Assembly: GCA_965224165.1 (NCBI GenBank)
Contig: CBDCYM010000011.1
Span: 1,522,877 to 1,586,876 of the forward strand
Length of the DNA: 64,000 nucleotides
Reading direction: 5' to 3'
DNA from: Methyloligellaceae bacterium
Lineage (GTDB): Bacteria > Pseudomonadota > Alphaproteobacteria > Rhizobiales > CBDCYM01
Both the position numbers and the translations under genes were made by a program. Below the pieces are notes generated by a model, which searched no databases, was not told where the DNA came from, and saw nothing but the letters and a program-made list of their open reading frames with translations. Below are positions 49,574-59,587 of this stretch, one piece after another; positions within the stretch are counted from its first letter, which is position 1, and every line of letters begins with the position of its first letter.

Positions 49574-50737
49574 ATGGTGCATTTTGCGCAAAATATGGAG
49601 CGCCTTGGGACGGAGACAGCCTTTGAAGTTCTTGCTCGCGCGGGTGAACTGGAGCGCCAGGGCCGTAGCATCATCAATCTTGGGATTGGTCAACCAGACT
49701 TCAAAACGCCGGAGCACATTGTTGAAGCGGCGGTTAAGGCTCTTCGTGACGGGCATCATGGCTATACCCCCAGTCAGGGCATTTTGCCGCTGCGCGAGGC
49801 GGTCTCTACGGATTTGCATAAGCGCTATGGTGTTGAAGTTAATCCTGACCACATTGTGATTATGCCGGGTGGTAAACCCACGATGTTTTTTGCAATCTTG
49901 ATGTTTGGAGTACCTGGCACGGAAGTCCTTTATCCCGATCCCGGTTTTCCCATTTACCGGTCCATGATCGAATATACCGGTGCTACCCCTGTGCCTATTG
50001 CGCTTCGTGAGGAGAATGGATTTTCCTTTAGTGCCGAAGAGGTGCTTGAGCAAATCACGGAAAAGACAAGACTGATTATTCTCAATAGTCCAGGAAATCC
50101 AACAGGAGGCGCTGTTCCGGAAGAAGAGATGACCCGTCTTGTCGAGGGGCTGTTAGCCCACCCGGATGTGGCTATTTTGTCTGATGAGATTTACAGCCAA
50201 ATGCTCTATGACGGACGAGAGCATGTGACCTTGCTACGTTATCCGGAAATTAGAGACAGACTGATCCTTCTCGATGGTTGGTCAAAAACCTATGCCATGA
50301 CGGGATGGCGCCTTGGTTTCAGCGTTTGGCCGCAAGCGTTGGTAGAAAAGATTGTTCGGCTTGCCGTCAATTGCCATTCCTGCATTAATGCGCCAACGCA
50401 ATATGCGGGCATTGCCGCCCTTGAGGGACCGCAGGATGAGGCCCGGAAAATGGTGCAAGCCTTTGATGAGCGCCGCCGGATCATTGTGCCGTTGCTCAAC
50501 CAACTTCCTGGGCTTAGCTGTGTCGAGCCTGGCGGGGCGTTTTATGCATTTCCTAATGTGACAGGAACAGGGTTCAGCGCAAAGGAGTTGCAGAACAAAA
50601 TGTTGGAAGAGGCTGGTGTGGCAACAGTGGCAGGCACAAGCTTCGGTGAATTCGGTGAAGGCTATATCCGCTTTTCGTATGCCAATTCGGTTGAGAGTAT
50701 CAAAACTGCAATTGAGCGTATTGGTGGGCTGCTCTAA
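49574..50737 (+). CDS. pyridoxal-phosphate-dependent aminotransferase (class I, aspartate/aromatic aminotransferase-like)
   Basis: 387 aa, fold-type I aminotransferase pattern with conserved Lys region (…DGWSKTYAMTGWRLG…). Confidence 0.85.
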   Translation: MVHFAQNMERLGTETAFEVLARAGELERQGRSIINLGIGQPDFKTPEHIVEAAVKALRDGHHGYTPSQGILPLREAVSTDLHKRYGVEVNPDHIVIMPGGKPTMFFAILMFGVPGTEVLYPDPGFPIYRSMIEYTGATPVPIALREENGFSFSAEEVLEQITEKTRLIILNSPGNPTGGAVPEEEMTRLVEGLLAHPDVAILSDEIYSQMLYDGREHVTLLRYPEIRDRLILLDGWSKTYAMTGWRLGFSVWPQALVEKIVRLAVNCHSCINAPTQYAGIAALEGPQDEARKMVQAFDERRRIIVPLLNQLPGLSCVEPGGAFYAFPNVTGTGFSAKELQNKMLEEAGVATVAGTSFGEFGEGYIRFSYANSVESIKTAIERIGGLL

Positions 50738-50797
50738 CTGTTTATTGCCGCATATCTTTTTTTCGCAAAACCAGTACCCGCTTTTGCGAGATATGCT

Positions 50798-51334
50798 TTA
50801 ATTTTTGAGAAGTTTCCAAATAAGCTTGAATGCTGTTTCGACCGTTTTTATGCGGACTTCACTTCGGCCAATATCCCCAAAGAGGCATTTACGATGAACA
50901 TATCCGCCCTTACGTGTCGCTGCGGCAATGTGCACTAAACCAACAGGCTTTTTTGCGCTACCACCGCCAGGACCCGCAACGCCTGTAACCGCAACAGTTA
51001 CATCCGCATCTGAATGAGCCAAAGCGCCTTTGGCCATAGCGCGTGCGGTTTGTGCGCTGACAGCACCGTATTTTGTGAGCATATGGTCAGGAACGTCTAA
51101 GAGGGCCATTTTTGCTGGGTTTGAGTAGGTCACGAATGCCCGGTCGACGACATCTGAGGACCCGGGAACCTCGGTTAACACGGCCGCGATTAATCCGCCT
51201 GTGCAGGATTCAGCTGTCGCAAGCTTTAGTTTAGCACGTCTTAGATCCTTAAGAAGGTATTTTGCCTGTTCTATAAGATTATCAGTCAGCACGGCAGAAT
51301 CTCTCTGAGAAAGCCTATAATTGCACCAGTTCAA
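50798..51334 (-). CDS. CinA family protein (nicotinamide-nucleotide amidohydrolase PncC-like C-terminal domain)
   Basis: …LATAESCTGGLIAA… motif typical of the CinA C-terminal domain, 178 aa. Confidence 0.75.
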   Translation of the reverse strand: MNWCNYRLSQRDSAVLTDNLIEQAKYLLKDLRRAKLKLATAESCTGGLIAAVLTEVPGSSDVVDRAFVTYSNPAKMALLDVPDHMLTKYGAVSAQTARAMAKGALAHSDADVTVAVTGVAGPGGGSAKKPVGLVHIAAATRKGGYVHRKCLFGDIGRSEVRIKTVETAFKLIWKLLKN

Positions 51335-51404
51335 ATCACATGAGGAATGATATGTAAAATAGTGTTGCCCATTGAGAGAAAAGAAAGGTTAAAGGCATAG
51401 TTTC

Positions 51405-51935
51405 TCAATGAACGGCAACACATGTACGCAAAGTGGTACGGCAAACTTCCTGAGAGACGCTGCCAAATGTCATGGCTTCAATCTGACGCAACCCGCGCAT
51501 GCCCATAATGATGGTGTCTGCATCAATTTTATCCGCGGCGGCAACAATGGCGGCCGCTGGGGGACCATCCGTCAATTCCAAAACCTCAACTGACACGTCC
51601 CGTTCAAGGGCTTGTGCCTTGGCACGTTTTAAAACATGATCCCCAATTAAACGCAGAACTTTTTCTGACACCGGCCGTTTCACAGCAAATGCCATTAACT
51701 TCTCAGCAGAAAGCTCTATTGCCGGTCCCTGCTTCAAGCTGTTTAACTTACTTACGATTTCTTCATCGGCGCTTGATACACCTGGAAGACGTAATAATTC
51801 GTCCGGCTCTTTATCGCGCAGCAAGACATGCAATAGCTTAATCTCTGCACCATGATGTTGGGCCAAATCCAACGCCAGATTAGTGGCTTTTTCAGCGGCC
51901 GCTGATCCGTCAGTAGGTACGAGAATTATCTTCAT
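51405..51935 (-). CDS. universal stress protein (UspA family)
   Basis: N-terminal MKIILVPTDGS… and C-terminal …GSVS… ATP-binding-like motif, 176 aa. Confidence 0.75.
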   Translation of the reverse strand: MKIILVPTDGSAAAEKATNLALDLAQHHGAEIKLLHVLLRDKEPDELLRLPGVSSADEEIVSKLNSLKQGPAIELSAEKLMAFAVKRPVSEKVLRLIGDHVLKRAKAQALERDVSVEVLELTDGPPAAAIVAAADKIDADTIIMGMRGLRQIEAMTFGSVSQEVCRTTLRTCVAVH

Positions 51936-52091
51936 CGGTTTCTTCGTGTTCCGTCATTTTCTTAGGTCACACCATCTTGGATATAAAGCTTTTTACAATT
52001 GGTGCATTGACATAGCTCAAGCCTACATGGCCTTTGAACACTTTTCGGTTGTCAAAATGGCTTATATGAAAAATGAAAGCATCCACAACCT

Positions 52092-52751
52092 ATGCCCGCT
52101 AATATACGTGTGCAATCGCTGCAAATAAGAGGGTACGATCCTCTATCCTTTGTCCTTGATGGTGGGACATGTCTTGCTGTGCAGGGACCATCTGGAACAG
52201 GTAAGTCCCTGCTGCTACGCGCTATCGCTGATCTTGACCCAGCCCATGGAAAGATCTTTTTGAATGGCCGAGAGCGATCAGAGGTGACTGGTCCGGAATG
52301 GAGGCGGTGTGTTCGTTACGCTGCGGCGGAGCCGGGCTGGTGGGCGGAGACGGTGCGGGCGCATTTTTCAGAAAATAATAAATCTGTGTTTTCGGAAAAT
52401 AATAAATCTGTGGGTGCTGAGACGGAAAATCTAGATGTTGAAAACATGACTACTGCACTTGGACTTTCCGTTGATTTACTTGATCGGCCGGTTAGCGAAC
52501 TCTCGACCGGAGAGCGTCAGAGATTTGCATTGATCAGAGCCGTTGCGGACTCGCCGCAGGTTTTACTACTTGATGAACCAACGGGTGCGTTGGACAGCAA
52601 GGCGGCGGCCTATGCTGAGACATTGATCAAGAAACAGCTTGAAAGAGGGTGCGCCATTATGCTTGTGACGCATGATCCAGACCAAGCTTTGCGGCTCGCT
52701 AACCGGCGACTTCATCTTGAAAACGGCATCGCGCGCCTGGAGGACATATGA
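52092..52751 (+). CDS. ABC transporter ATP-binding protein (FetA/YbbL-like putative iron exporter) carrying an in-frame 8-aa tandem duplication
   Basis: Walker A GPSGTGKS, ABC signature LSTGERQRF, Walker B LLLDEP. Partnered with a UPF0014-type permease downstream. Confidence 0.75.
   Translation: MPANIRVQSLQIRGYDPLSFVLDGGTCLAVQGPSGTGKSLLLRAIADLDPAHGKIFLNGRERSEVTGPEWRRCVRYAAAEPGWWAETVRAHFSENNKSVFSENNKSVGAETENLDVENMTTALGLSVDLLDRPVSELSTGERQRFALIRAVADSPQVLLLDEPTGALDSKAAAYAETLIKKQLERGCAIMLVTHDPDQALRLANRRLHLENGIARLEDI
52365..52412. repeat. 24-bp tandem duplication (ttttc[a/g]gaaaataataaatctgtg, two copies) inside the ABC ATPase gene, encoding FSENNKSV twice
   Basis: Read directly from the sequence. 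The duplicated segment is AT-rich and out of character with the codon usage of the rest of the gene. Confidence 0.85.
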
Positions 52752-53551
52752 GTTACGTTCAACTCTCATTGTGGGATTTGGCTCTAGCGGCGTCGCTTGT
52801 CCTACTTAACGGTGGTCTGTCGCTTGCTTTTAGTCTTGGCTTAGAGCGCACACTTGCTTGGGCGATGCTTCGCATGGCGGTGCAGCTAGGGGCTATCGGC
52901 TTTGTTTTAAAATTCATATTTGCACAGACCTCGCCACTTTGGACGGCAGGGTTGGCGTTGATCATGATTTTCATGGCTGGGTATGAGGTGCGAGCTCGCC
53001 AATCAGTGCGCTTCAAAGGTTGGCAAGCATATGGTCTTGGAACAGCGACGCTCTTTTTTGTGGGAACCGTTGCGACACTTTTTGGCGTTGGCGTTATTAT
53101 TGGCCCAGATCCCTGGTATGCGCCGCGTTATATCTTACCCATACTTGGTATGATGCTTGGCAACACGCTCACGGGCATTAGTCTTGGACTTGAAAGTTTA
53201 ACGACGTCAGCCAAGCGAGAACGCGCTGCAATCGAGGCCAGGATTGCGCTTGGAGCCGCGCGGCTTGAAGCCCTTGACCAGGTCCTAAGGCAGGCGCTGA
53301 AAACCGGCATGATGCCCATTATCAATGCCATGGCAGCTTCCGGCATTGTTGCCCTGCCGGGCATGATGACTGGTCAGATCTTGTCTGGAGTGGATCCGGT
53401 AGACGCAACGAAATATCAACTCATGATTATGTTTTTAATTGCAGGGGCAACCGCGCTGGGCGTTTTTCTTGCAGTATTTGGGGCTGTTCGGTTGTTAACA
53501 GATGAGCGCCACCGTTTGCGGTTGGACCGGTTGCTAAATAATAGCAGATGA
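52748..53551 (+). CDS. ABC transporter permease (FetB/YbbM-like, UPF0014 family)
   Basis: 267 aa with about 7 TM helices. Its start overlaps the ATPase stop, indicating translational coupling. Confidence 0.7.
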   Translation: MSYVQLSLWDLALAASLVLLNGGLSLAFSLGLERTLAWAMLRMAVQLGAIGFVLKFIFAQTSPLWTAGLALIMIFMAGYEVRARQSVRFKGWQAYGLGTATLFFVGTVATLFGVGVIIGPDPWYAPRYILPILGMMLGNTLTGISLGLESLTTSAKRERAAIEARIALGAARLEALDQVLRQALKTGMMPIINAMAASGIVALPGMMTGQILSGVDPVDATKYQLMIMFLIAGATALGVFLAVFGAVRLLTDERHRLRLDRLLNNSR

Positions 53552-53567
53552 CAAAGATAGGGTTATT

Positions 53568-54095
53568 TCAGGTGCCCACGAAGTGATGGCGGAGCCGGTC
53601 TATTGCATGTTCGACCACATCTGATGCTGTTCCGTCGGCTTTAGCGACAGTTTGGAGCATATTAATCAATTCTCTCTTTTCTCGATCAGAGCAAATCTGG
53701 TCGATGGGTGGTGTTAAACGGCGGAGAAATGACGAGATATCTCCGACATCTTTTGCAAGCCAGCGGCCGCGGGCTAGGAGTTCGCCAGCTAGTTTTTCAT
53801 CGATCTCGAAATTGTCCATCATTTGAGAGATAATGACATCCCGTTCGCGTTCACTAAGGGTTCCGTCAAACTCGGCGATGGCCATCATCATCGCGACCGC
53901 TGCTTCCCTGGGATCATCGATTGCAGCTAAAAGATCTGCATCATGTTTGCGTTGCCATCGCCAGCGTCGAAACAAACCCTTTGCATCCCGTGCTGCACCT
54001 GCAAGTTCATTTGCTGTATTTGCCGCCATATTAATCCGCCAAAGAATGACACCAATGACGCCAATAGCGCTCAATATTCCTAGAAGTATATGCAT
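53568..54095 (-). CDS. hypothetical protein with a TerB-like (tellurite-resistance/DjlA N-terminal) domain and an N-terminal TM helix
   Basis: TM helix ILLGILSAIGVIGVILW, then a helical domain with …DGTLSERERDVI… and …VAKADGTASD… patterns reminiscent of TerB. Confidence 0.45.
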   Translation of the reverse strand: MHILLGILSAIGVIGVILWRINMAANTANELAGAARDAKGLFRRWRWQRKHDADLLAAIDDPREAAVAMMMAIAEFDGTLSERERDVIISQMMDNFEIDEKLAGELLARGRWLAKDVGDISSFLRRLTPPIDQICSDREKRELINMLQTVAKADGTASDVVEHAIDRLRHHFVGT

Positions 54096-54228
54096 GGGTA
54101 AAACCCTCTAATGGGAAACCGTATTGCAAATTTCTATCGTTCACATTTGCCAATGATTTGTAGTCGTTACTAGAGCTGGAATGGTTCAGAAAAATGACAT
54201 TTCCTTTTTAAGGCAGTAGAGGAAAATA

Positions 54229-54936
54229 TCACATGTTCCAACCGAGACTCGAAAAAAGCTCAGAAAGTTTATCGAGCGTAGCAAACTCTTCATCCGGCGT
54301 ATAGTCAGGCAGGGGTTTGCGGCCGGTTCCACGGTTGATCCAAATGCAACGGAACCCCATATCACGCGCGGCGGCGAGGTCGAGGTGCGGGCTGGCGCAG
54401 ATATGAACAATATCGTCTTTGGTCACGCTCAAAGCCGAGTGGGCATGATCAAAGATTTTAGGCGACGGCTTATAGGCTTGAGCTTGCTCCGCGGTAATCA
54501 CCCGGTCAATGTATCCTCCCATTTGGTCGACATTACCGGCAATGATGTCATCATCTGTATTTGAGATAATACAAATTTTGAAATCCATCTCTTTCAGACT
54601 TTTCAGTGAAGTAATAACTTCCGGAAAAGGCGGCATCTTTGAAATGCCAGACGTCAGGGTCTCGATATCTTCGCTGGTGAATGGCAGACCAAGCTCCTCC
54701 ATTGCCATTTTGAGGGCCGTTCCGGCAACAATACGAAATGGCTGGTGAGGCTTTTTTTGCTTAAGCTTATGTTCGTGAGTATCATAGATGTTTATCAAAG
54801 TGTCTGCATTAATATCGGAACTATTGTGGCGTCCCAGTATCTCTTGCACTGCCCTAAGCAGCCCCTCATCCCATTGGATCAGAGTGCCGTAGCAGTCAAA
54901 GGTCAGCCAATCAGGTTTTGGTCCTGAGAGAGGCAT
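54229..54936 (-). CDS. HAD-superfamily hydrolase, haloacid dehalogenase type II-like
   Basis: Motif I FDCYGTL near the N-terminus and HAD motifs II-IV, 235 aa. Confidence 0.75.
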   Translation of the reverse strand: MPLSGPKPDWLTFDCYGTLIQWDEGLLRAVQEILGRHNSSDINADTLINIYDTHEHKLKQKKPHQPFRIVAGTALKMAMEELGLPFTSEDIETLTSGISKMPPFPEVITSLKSLKEMDFKICIISNTDDDIIAGNVDQMGGYIDRVITAEQAQAYKPSPKIFDHAHSALSVTKDDIVHICASPHLDLAAARDMGFRCIWINRGTGRKPLPDYTPDEEFATLDKLSELFSSLGWNM

Positions 54937-55101
54937 CTATTTCTCCATATTATCATCTGTGGTTTTTTAGAACCAAAATATCACTTTATTCCATTGTTTC
55001 TTACGATCCTATCCACATAGAGGGCGTGTATAAAAAGGTGAGGCTTGCTTGAGACGTGAGAATCATACGGATTTACCTGATAAGATATAGGACAGGATTT
55101 T

Positions 55102-58100
55102 ATGGCATCAAAAATAAGTAATCTTGGTTTTGTACATTTGCGGGTGCATTCCGCCTATTCGTTGCTTGAAGGGGCGCTACCAATTGCGAAACTGGTGGAG
55201 TTGGCGAAAGCTGACAAGATGCCAGCATTGGCGCTTACGGATACGAACAATCTTTTTGGTGCTTTAGAATTTTCAGAAGCGCTGGCAAAGTCCGGCATCC
55301 AACCCATCATTGGTTGTACTCTTGCAATTGATTTGTGCGAAGGGGAGACGAATGACCCCATTTACGACGCTGCACGCATGGGGGACGGGCCCAAGGCGGG
55401 TATCAATGGTTTAATCGCACTTCTGGCAAAAGATAAAGCAGGCTATGAGAACCTTATGTGGCTTGCGAGCCAGGCCTTTCTGGTACACAGCGATCAGGGT
55501 CAAACCCACATTAAATTGGACGAATTGAAGGACCGTAATGAAGGGCTTATTCTTTTATCAGGTGGGCCAAGCGGACCTATTAATCGTGCGCTTATTGAAG
55601 ATGGTGAGACACTTGCCCGCACACGTCTTGGCGAGTTAAAGGCAGCTTTTAGCGATCGTTTTTATGTGGAATTGCAACGCCATGGCAGAACTGAAGAGCG
55701 GGACATTGAACGCCAGCTTATCGAAATTGCCTATGATATGAAATTGCCCTTGGTTGCAACCAATGAACCTTATTTCCCCACACGTGATGATTATGAAGCC
55801 CATGATGCTTTGATTTGTATAGCGGAAGGCAGCTATGTTTCTGAGGATGATCGCCGCCGCTTAACACCGGAACATCATTTCAAGAGCCGGGAAGAAATGA
55901 TGGCGCTGTTTTCAGATCTCTCGGAAGCTTTGGAAAATACGATTGAGATTGCTAAGCGTTGCGCTTACCGACCGTTGACGCGCGGACCAATTCTGCCGCA
56001 ATCAGTGAAGGTCGCTAAAGGACAAAAGGCAGAAGAGATCGAGAAGGCGGAAGCAAAGGAGCTTAAGCGTCAAGCCACCTCCGGGCTTAAAGAGCGACTT
56101 GCCGCTCATGGCTGCGCCCCGGGTTACAACAAAAAAGATTACGAAACTCGCTTAGCTTACGAACTCGATGTTATTACCGGTATGAAATTTCCAGGGTACT
56201 TTCTTATCGTTTCTGATTTTATCAAATGGACAAAAGCACAGGGCATTCCCGTTGGACCGGGGCGCGGTTCGGGTGCCGGGTCCGTGGTTGCATGGTCTTT
56301 AACGATTACCGATCTTGATCCAATGCGTTTTGGGCTGCTTTTTGAGCGCTTCTTAAATCCTGAACGCGTTTCCATGCCTGATTTCGACATTGATTTCTGC
56401 CAAGACCGTAGAGACGAAGTCATTCGTTATGTTCAGAAAAAATACGGTACGGACCGTGTGGCGCAGATTATTACTTTTGGAAAATTGCAGGCGCGGGCCG
56501 TTTTGCGTGATGTAGGGCGGGTGCTTTCCATGCCCTATGGACAGGTTGATAAGCTTTGTAAAATGGTTCCCAATAATCCGGCTAATCCGGTTACTTTAGC
56601 GGAGGCCATAAATGGTGAACCAAAACTGCAAGAAGCTCGCGACAGCGAGCCCATCGTCGCCCGGTTGCTTGATATTGGTCAGAGACTTGAAGGGCTTTAC
56701 CGGCACGCGTCAACCCATGCGGCAGGCGTGGTTATTAGCGATCGCCCATTAACAGAGCTTGTCCCTCTTTATCGTGATCCCCGCTCAGACCTGGCTGCAA
56801 CGCAGTTCAATATGAAATGGGTAGAACCTGCCGGGCTCGTAAAATTTGACTTTCTTGGTCTTAAAACCCTCACAGTTATTGAAAAAGCCGTGCAACTCAT
56901 TGCTGGGCAGGGTGTTGAGATTGATATGGCTGCCTTGCCACTCGATGATAGTAAAACTTATGAACTTATGGCGCGGGGTGACACGATAGGCGTCTTTCAA
57001 TTGGAAGGATCGGGGATGCGCGAGAGCTTACGCAAACTCAAACCCGATCGCTTTGAAGACATTATCGCTATGGTTGCGCTTTATCGGCCTGGCCCGATGG
57101 ATAACATTGAAACCTACATAAACAGAAAATATGGACTGGAGGAGCCCGACTATCTGCATGCCCTTATTGAGCCAATTCTAAAAGAGACTTATGGGGTTAT
57201 TATTTATCAAGAGCAGGTCATGCAGGTAGCCCAGCAGCTTTCGGGCTATTCACTTGGTGAAGCGGATCTTTTGCGCCGGGCTATGGGCAAAAAGATCAAG
57301 GCTGAAATGGATAAGCAGAAAACGCGTTTTATTGAAGGGGCTATCGAGAACGATGTAGAGAAAGCGCAGGCAGAGTACATTTTTGAACTGGTAGCAAAAT
57401 TTGCAGGCTATGGTTTCAATAAGTCACATGCGGCAGCTTATGCACTATTGGCCTACCAAACGGCCTATCTCAAGGCGAATTATCCGGTTGAGTTTATGGC
57501 TGCGATTATGACCCTTGACCAGGGCAATACAGATAAGATCAATTTATTCTATCAAGAGGGGCAAAAACTTGGCATTGAGATGAAGCCGCCATGTGTGAAC
57601 GCCTCAAGGCAAGAGTTTCTGCCTGAAGATGGCGGCATTCGCTATTCTCTTGCAGCGCTAAAAAATATCGGCCAACAGGCCGTTGAGCATATTTGTGAGG
57701 AACGTGAAAAAACAGGAGGCTTTGCCAGCCTTAGTGAATTCGCCCAGCGAATTAATCCGCGTATGCTCAATAAACGCGCATTAGAGACTTTGGCCGCGGC
57801 AGGTGCATTCGATGTGCTCGAACCGGATCGGGCGGCAGTTTACGGTAACATTGATAAATTGCTAGGTGAGGCCAACAGATCATCGGAGGATCGCGCCCAC
57901 GGTCAAAGTGATCTTTTTGGAAATGGCGGTAAGCCTCCACCAATGGAACTTCGCCGAACAGAACCCTGGCTGCCCATGGAAAAACTGACGCGGGAATTTG
58001 ACGCTGTCGGGTTTTTCCTCTCCGGGCATCCATTGGATGAGTATGAAGCGGCGTTGACGCGTCTTGGTGTGGAGCACTGGGTGGACTTCGAAAATGAAGT

Positions 58101-58593
58101 GCGCTCAGGACGCACAGCCGGTGTTTTAGCAGGGACCGTGACCTATCGCCAGGAACGCAAATCAAAGTCCGGTAACCGGTTCGCTTTTGCCGGTTTTTCA
58201 GATCAAACAGGACAATTCGAAGCGGTCATTTTTTCAGATACCTTAGCTGTATCACGTGAGCTTCTTGAGCCAGGTACACCGGTATTTCTGCGCGTCGAGG
58301 CCGAGCTCGATGGTGATAATGTAAAGACCCGTGTGCAAAGTATCGACTCTCTCGACCATGCAGCCCAAGGAGTCCAAAAGGGGCTTTGTCTACGTGTTGA
58401 CAGTTCAGCCAGGCTTCAAGAGATCGCCGGTAAGATCGAAGAAAAGGGCGCTGGCGAAATTCGCTTACTCGCGACCCTGGATGATCTGGACCGAGAGGTC
58501 GAATTTACTTTACCCGGTCGTTTTAACGTATCGCCTCGCCAAGCAAGCCTATTTCGGACACTTTCTGGTGTTATATCTGTATACGAAATCTAG
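55102..58593 (+). CDS. dnaE: DNA polymerase III subunit alpha
   Basis: 1163 aa with PHP domain at the N-terminus, polymerase core motifs and an OB-fold. Confidence 0.95.
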   Translation: MASKISNLGFVHLRVHSAYSLLEGALPIAKLVELAKADKMPALALTDTNNLFGALEFSEALAKSGIQPIIGCTLAIDLCEGETNDPIYDAARMGDGPKAGINGLIALLAKDKAGYENLMWLASQAFLVHSDQGQTHIKLDELKDRNEGLILLSGGPSGPINRALIEDGETLARTRLGELKAAFSDRFYVELQRHGRTEERDIERQLIEIAYDMKLPLVATNEPYFPTRDDYEAHDALICIAEGSYVSEDDRRRLTPEHHFKSREEMMALFSDLSEALENTIEIAKRCAYRPLTRGPILPQSVKVAKGQKAEEIEKAEAKELKRQATSGLKERLAAHGCAPGYNKKDYETRLAYELDVITGMKFPGYFLIVSDFIKWTKAQGIPVGPGRGSGAGSVVAWSLTITDLDPMRFGLLFERFLNPERVSMPDFDIDFCQDRRDEVIRYVQKKYGTDRVAQIITFGKLQARAVLRDVGRVLSMPYGQVDKLCKMVPNNPANPVTLAEAINGEPKLQEARDSEPIVARLLDIGQRLEGLYRHASTHAAGVVISDRPLTELVPLYRDPRSDLAATQFNMKWVEPAGLVKFDFLGLKTLTVIEKAVQLIAGQGVEIDMAALPLDDSKTYELMARGDTIGVFQLEGSGMRESLRKLKPDRFEDIIAMVALYRPGPMDNIETYINRKYGLEEPDYLHALIEPILKETYGVIIYQEQVMQVAQQLSGYSLGEADLLRRAMGKKIKAEMDKQKTRFIEGAIENDVEKAQAEYIFELVAKFAGYGFNKSHAAAYALLAYQTAYLKANYPVEFMAAIMTLDQGNTDKINLFYQEGQKLGIEMKPPCVNASRQEFLPEDGGIRYSLAALKNIGQQAVEHICEEREKTGGFASLSEFAQRINPRMLNKRALETLAAAGAFDVLEPDRAAVYGNIDKLLGEANRSSEDRAHGQSDLFGNGGKPPPMELRRTEPWLPMEKLTREFDAVGFFLSGHPLDEYEAALTRLGVEHWVDFENEVRSGRTAGVLAGTVTYRQERKSKSGNRFAFAGFSDQTGQFEAVIFSDTLAVSRELLEPGTPVFLRVEAELDGDNVKTRVQSIDSLDHAAQGVQKGLCLRVDSSARLQEIAGKIEEKGAGEIRLLATLDDLDREVEFTLPGRFNVSPRQASLFRTLSGVISVYEI

Positions 58594-58744
58594 CGGTTAT
58601 TACCCTAATTACATGTGGAAGATTTTGCTCATACTATTGCTTCCAAGTAGGCTTTAGATGTGAGATAAACTTATATCGTTTGGTGGGGTCTAGAGTTTAT
58701 GGCTTCTTATGAAGCCATAACAGTAATTCTAAGTATAAATCAAA

Positions 58745-59272
58745 ATGAGTTCAATTGTATTTATCGGAATTTTGGTTTTACTTCTAGCTGCAGCGGATTT
58801 TTCTGGCTGGTTTTCCAGAATTGAAATCTTTTTGAACCGGCTTAGCTTGAAATCACAAGCTTTTTTCAAATGGACTAAGAGTTTTATATCTCTCATTTGG
58901 ACGAATGAATTCGGCGATTGGGTCTTCAAAATTTGGATATACGGTTTCATTTTATCAGCAATTATTATGATGGGAGTTGTCATAGTAAAAGGTCCAGTTG
59001 GAATATCATTAAATGATGACAACTCATCTTTTGTAATAAATTTGCTTATATACTTCTATTATGCATTCGGAATTTTCTTGCTGGTCAATATATACTTCGT
59101 TATTGCTGTGTATCTTTTAATCTATCCTGCGACAGTTATTCTTTCTTGGCTTGTAAAAGCGTTCCATTTTATGAGTAAAGCCCCTAGAGGAATTGTTAGC
59201 AGAGCAGCCTTAGTTTTGGCTTTGGCCGTCTTTTTAGGTCGGTTTGTTTTTAGTCAGCTAATATTTATTTGA
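58745..59272 (+). CDS. hypothetical integral membrane protein, 175 aa, AT-rich
   Basis: Four or five hydrophobic helices. GC is clearly lower than dnaE. It is followed by palindromic repeat copy 3. Confidence 0.4.
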   Translation: MSSIVFIGILVLLLAAADFSGWFSRIEIFLNRLSLKSQAFFKWTKSFISLIWTNEFGDWVFKIWIYGFILSAIIMMGVVIVKGPVGISLNDDNSSFVINLLIYFYYAFGIFLLVNIYFVIAVYLLIYPATVILSWLVKAFHFMSKAPRGIVSRAALVLALAVFLGRFVFSQLIFI

Positions 59273-59423
59273 TAGTGTGTTAAGATTGCCACGTCAGGTG
59301 TTGCAAGTGCAGAAACCTTGCTAACAGTATTGAAATCTACCACAAAAATTACTCTCTAAAACCAATTTGCCATTGATAATCAATAAGTTAGTGCTATTTG
59401 GCAATTAACAATACGATTGGATA

Positions 59424-59536
59424 CCTCTAAATACTCCCTTCGGGCCATCCACCATCCCCTGCCACCCGCCATATTCTGCGATAATTAGGCGGGTGGCAGG
59501 GGATGGTGGATGGCCCGAAGGGAGTATTTAGAGATG
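59424..59536. repeat. Long palindromic repeat element, copy 3. This is the most complete copy, with perfect 47-bp inverted arms around an 18-nt centre (atattctgcgataattag).
   Basis: The left arm tctctaaatactcccttcgggccatccaccatcccctgccacccgcc equals the reverse complement of the right arm. Confidence 0.9.
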
Positions 59537-59587
59537 CCCGATTAGACAACCCTTTACACCAAACAAGCGTTTGTTTAACATCGCTTT

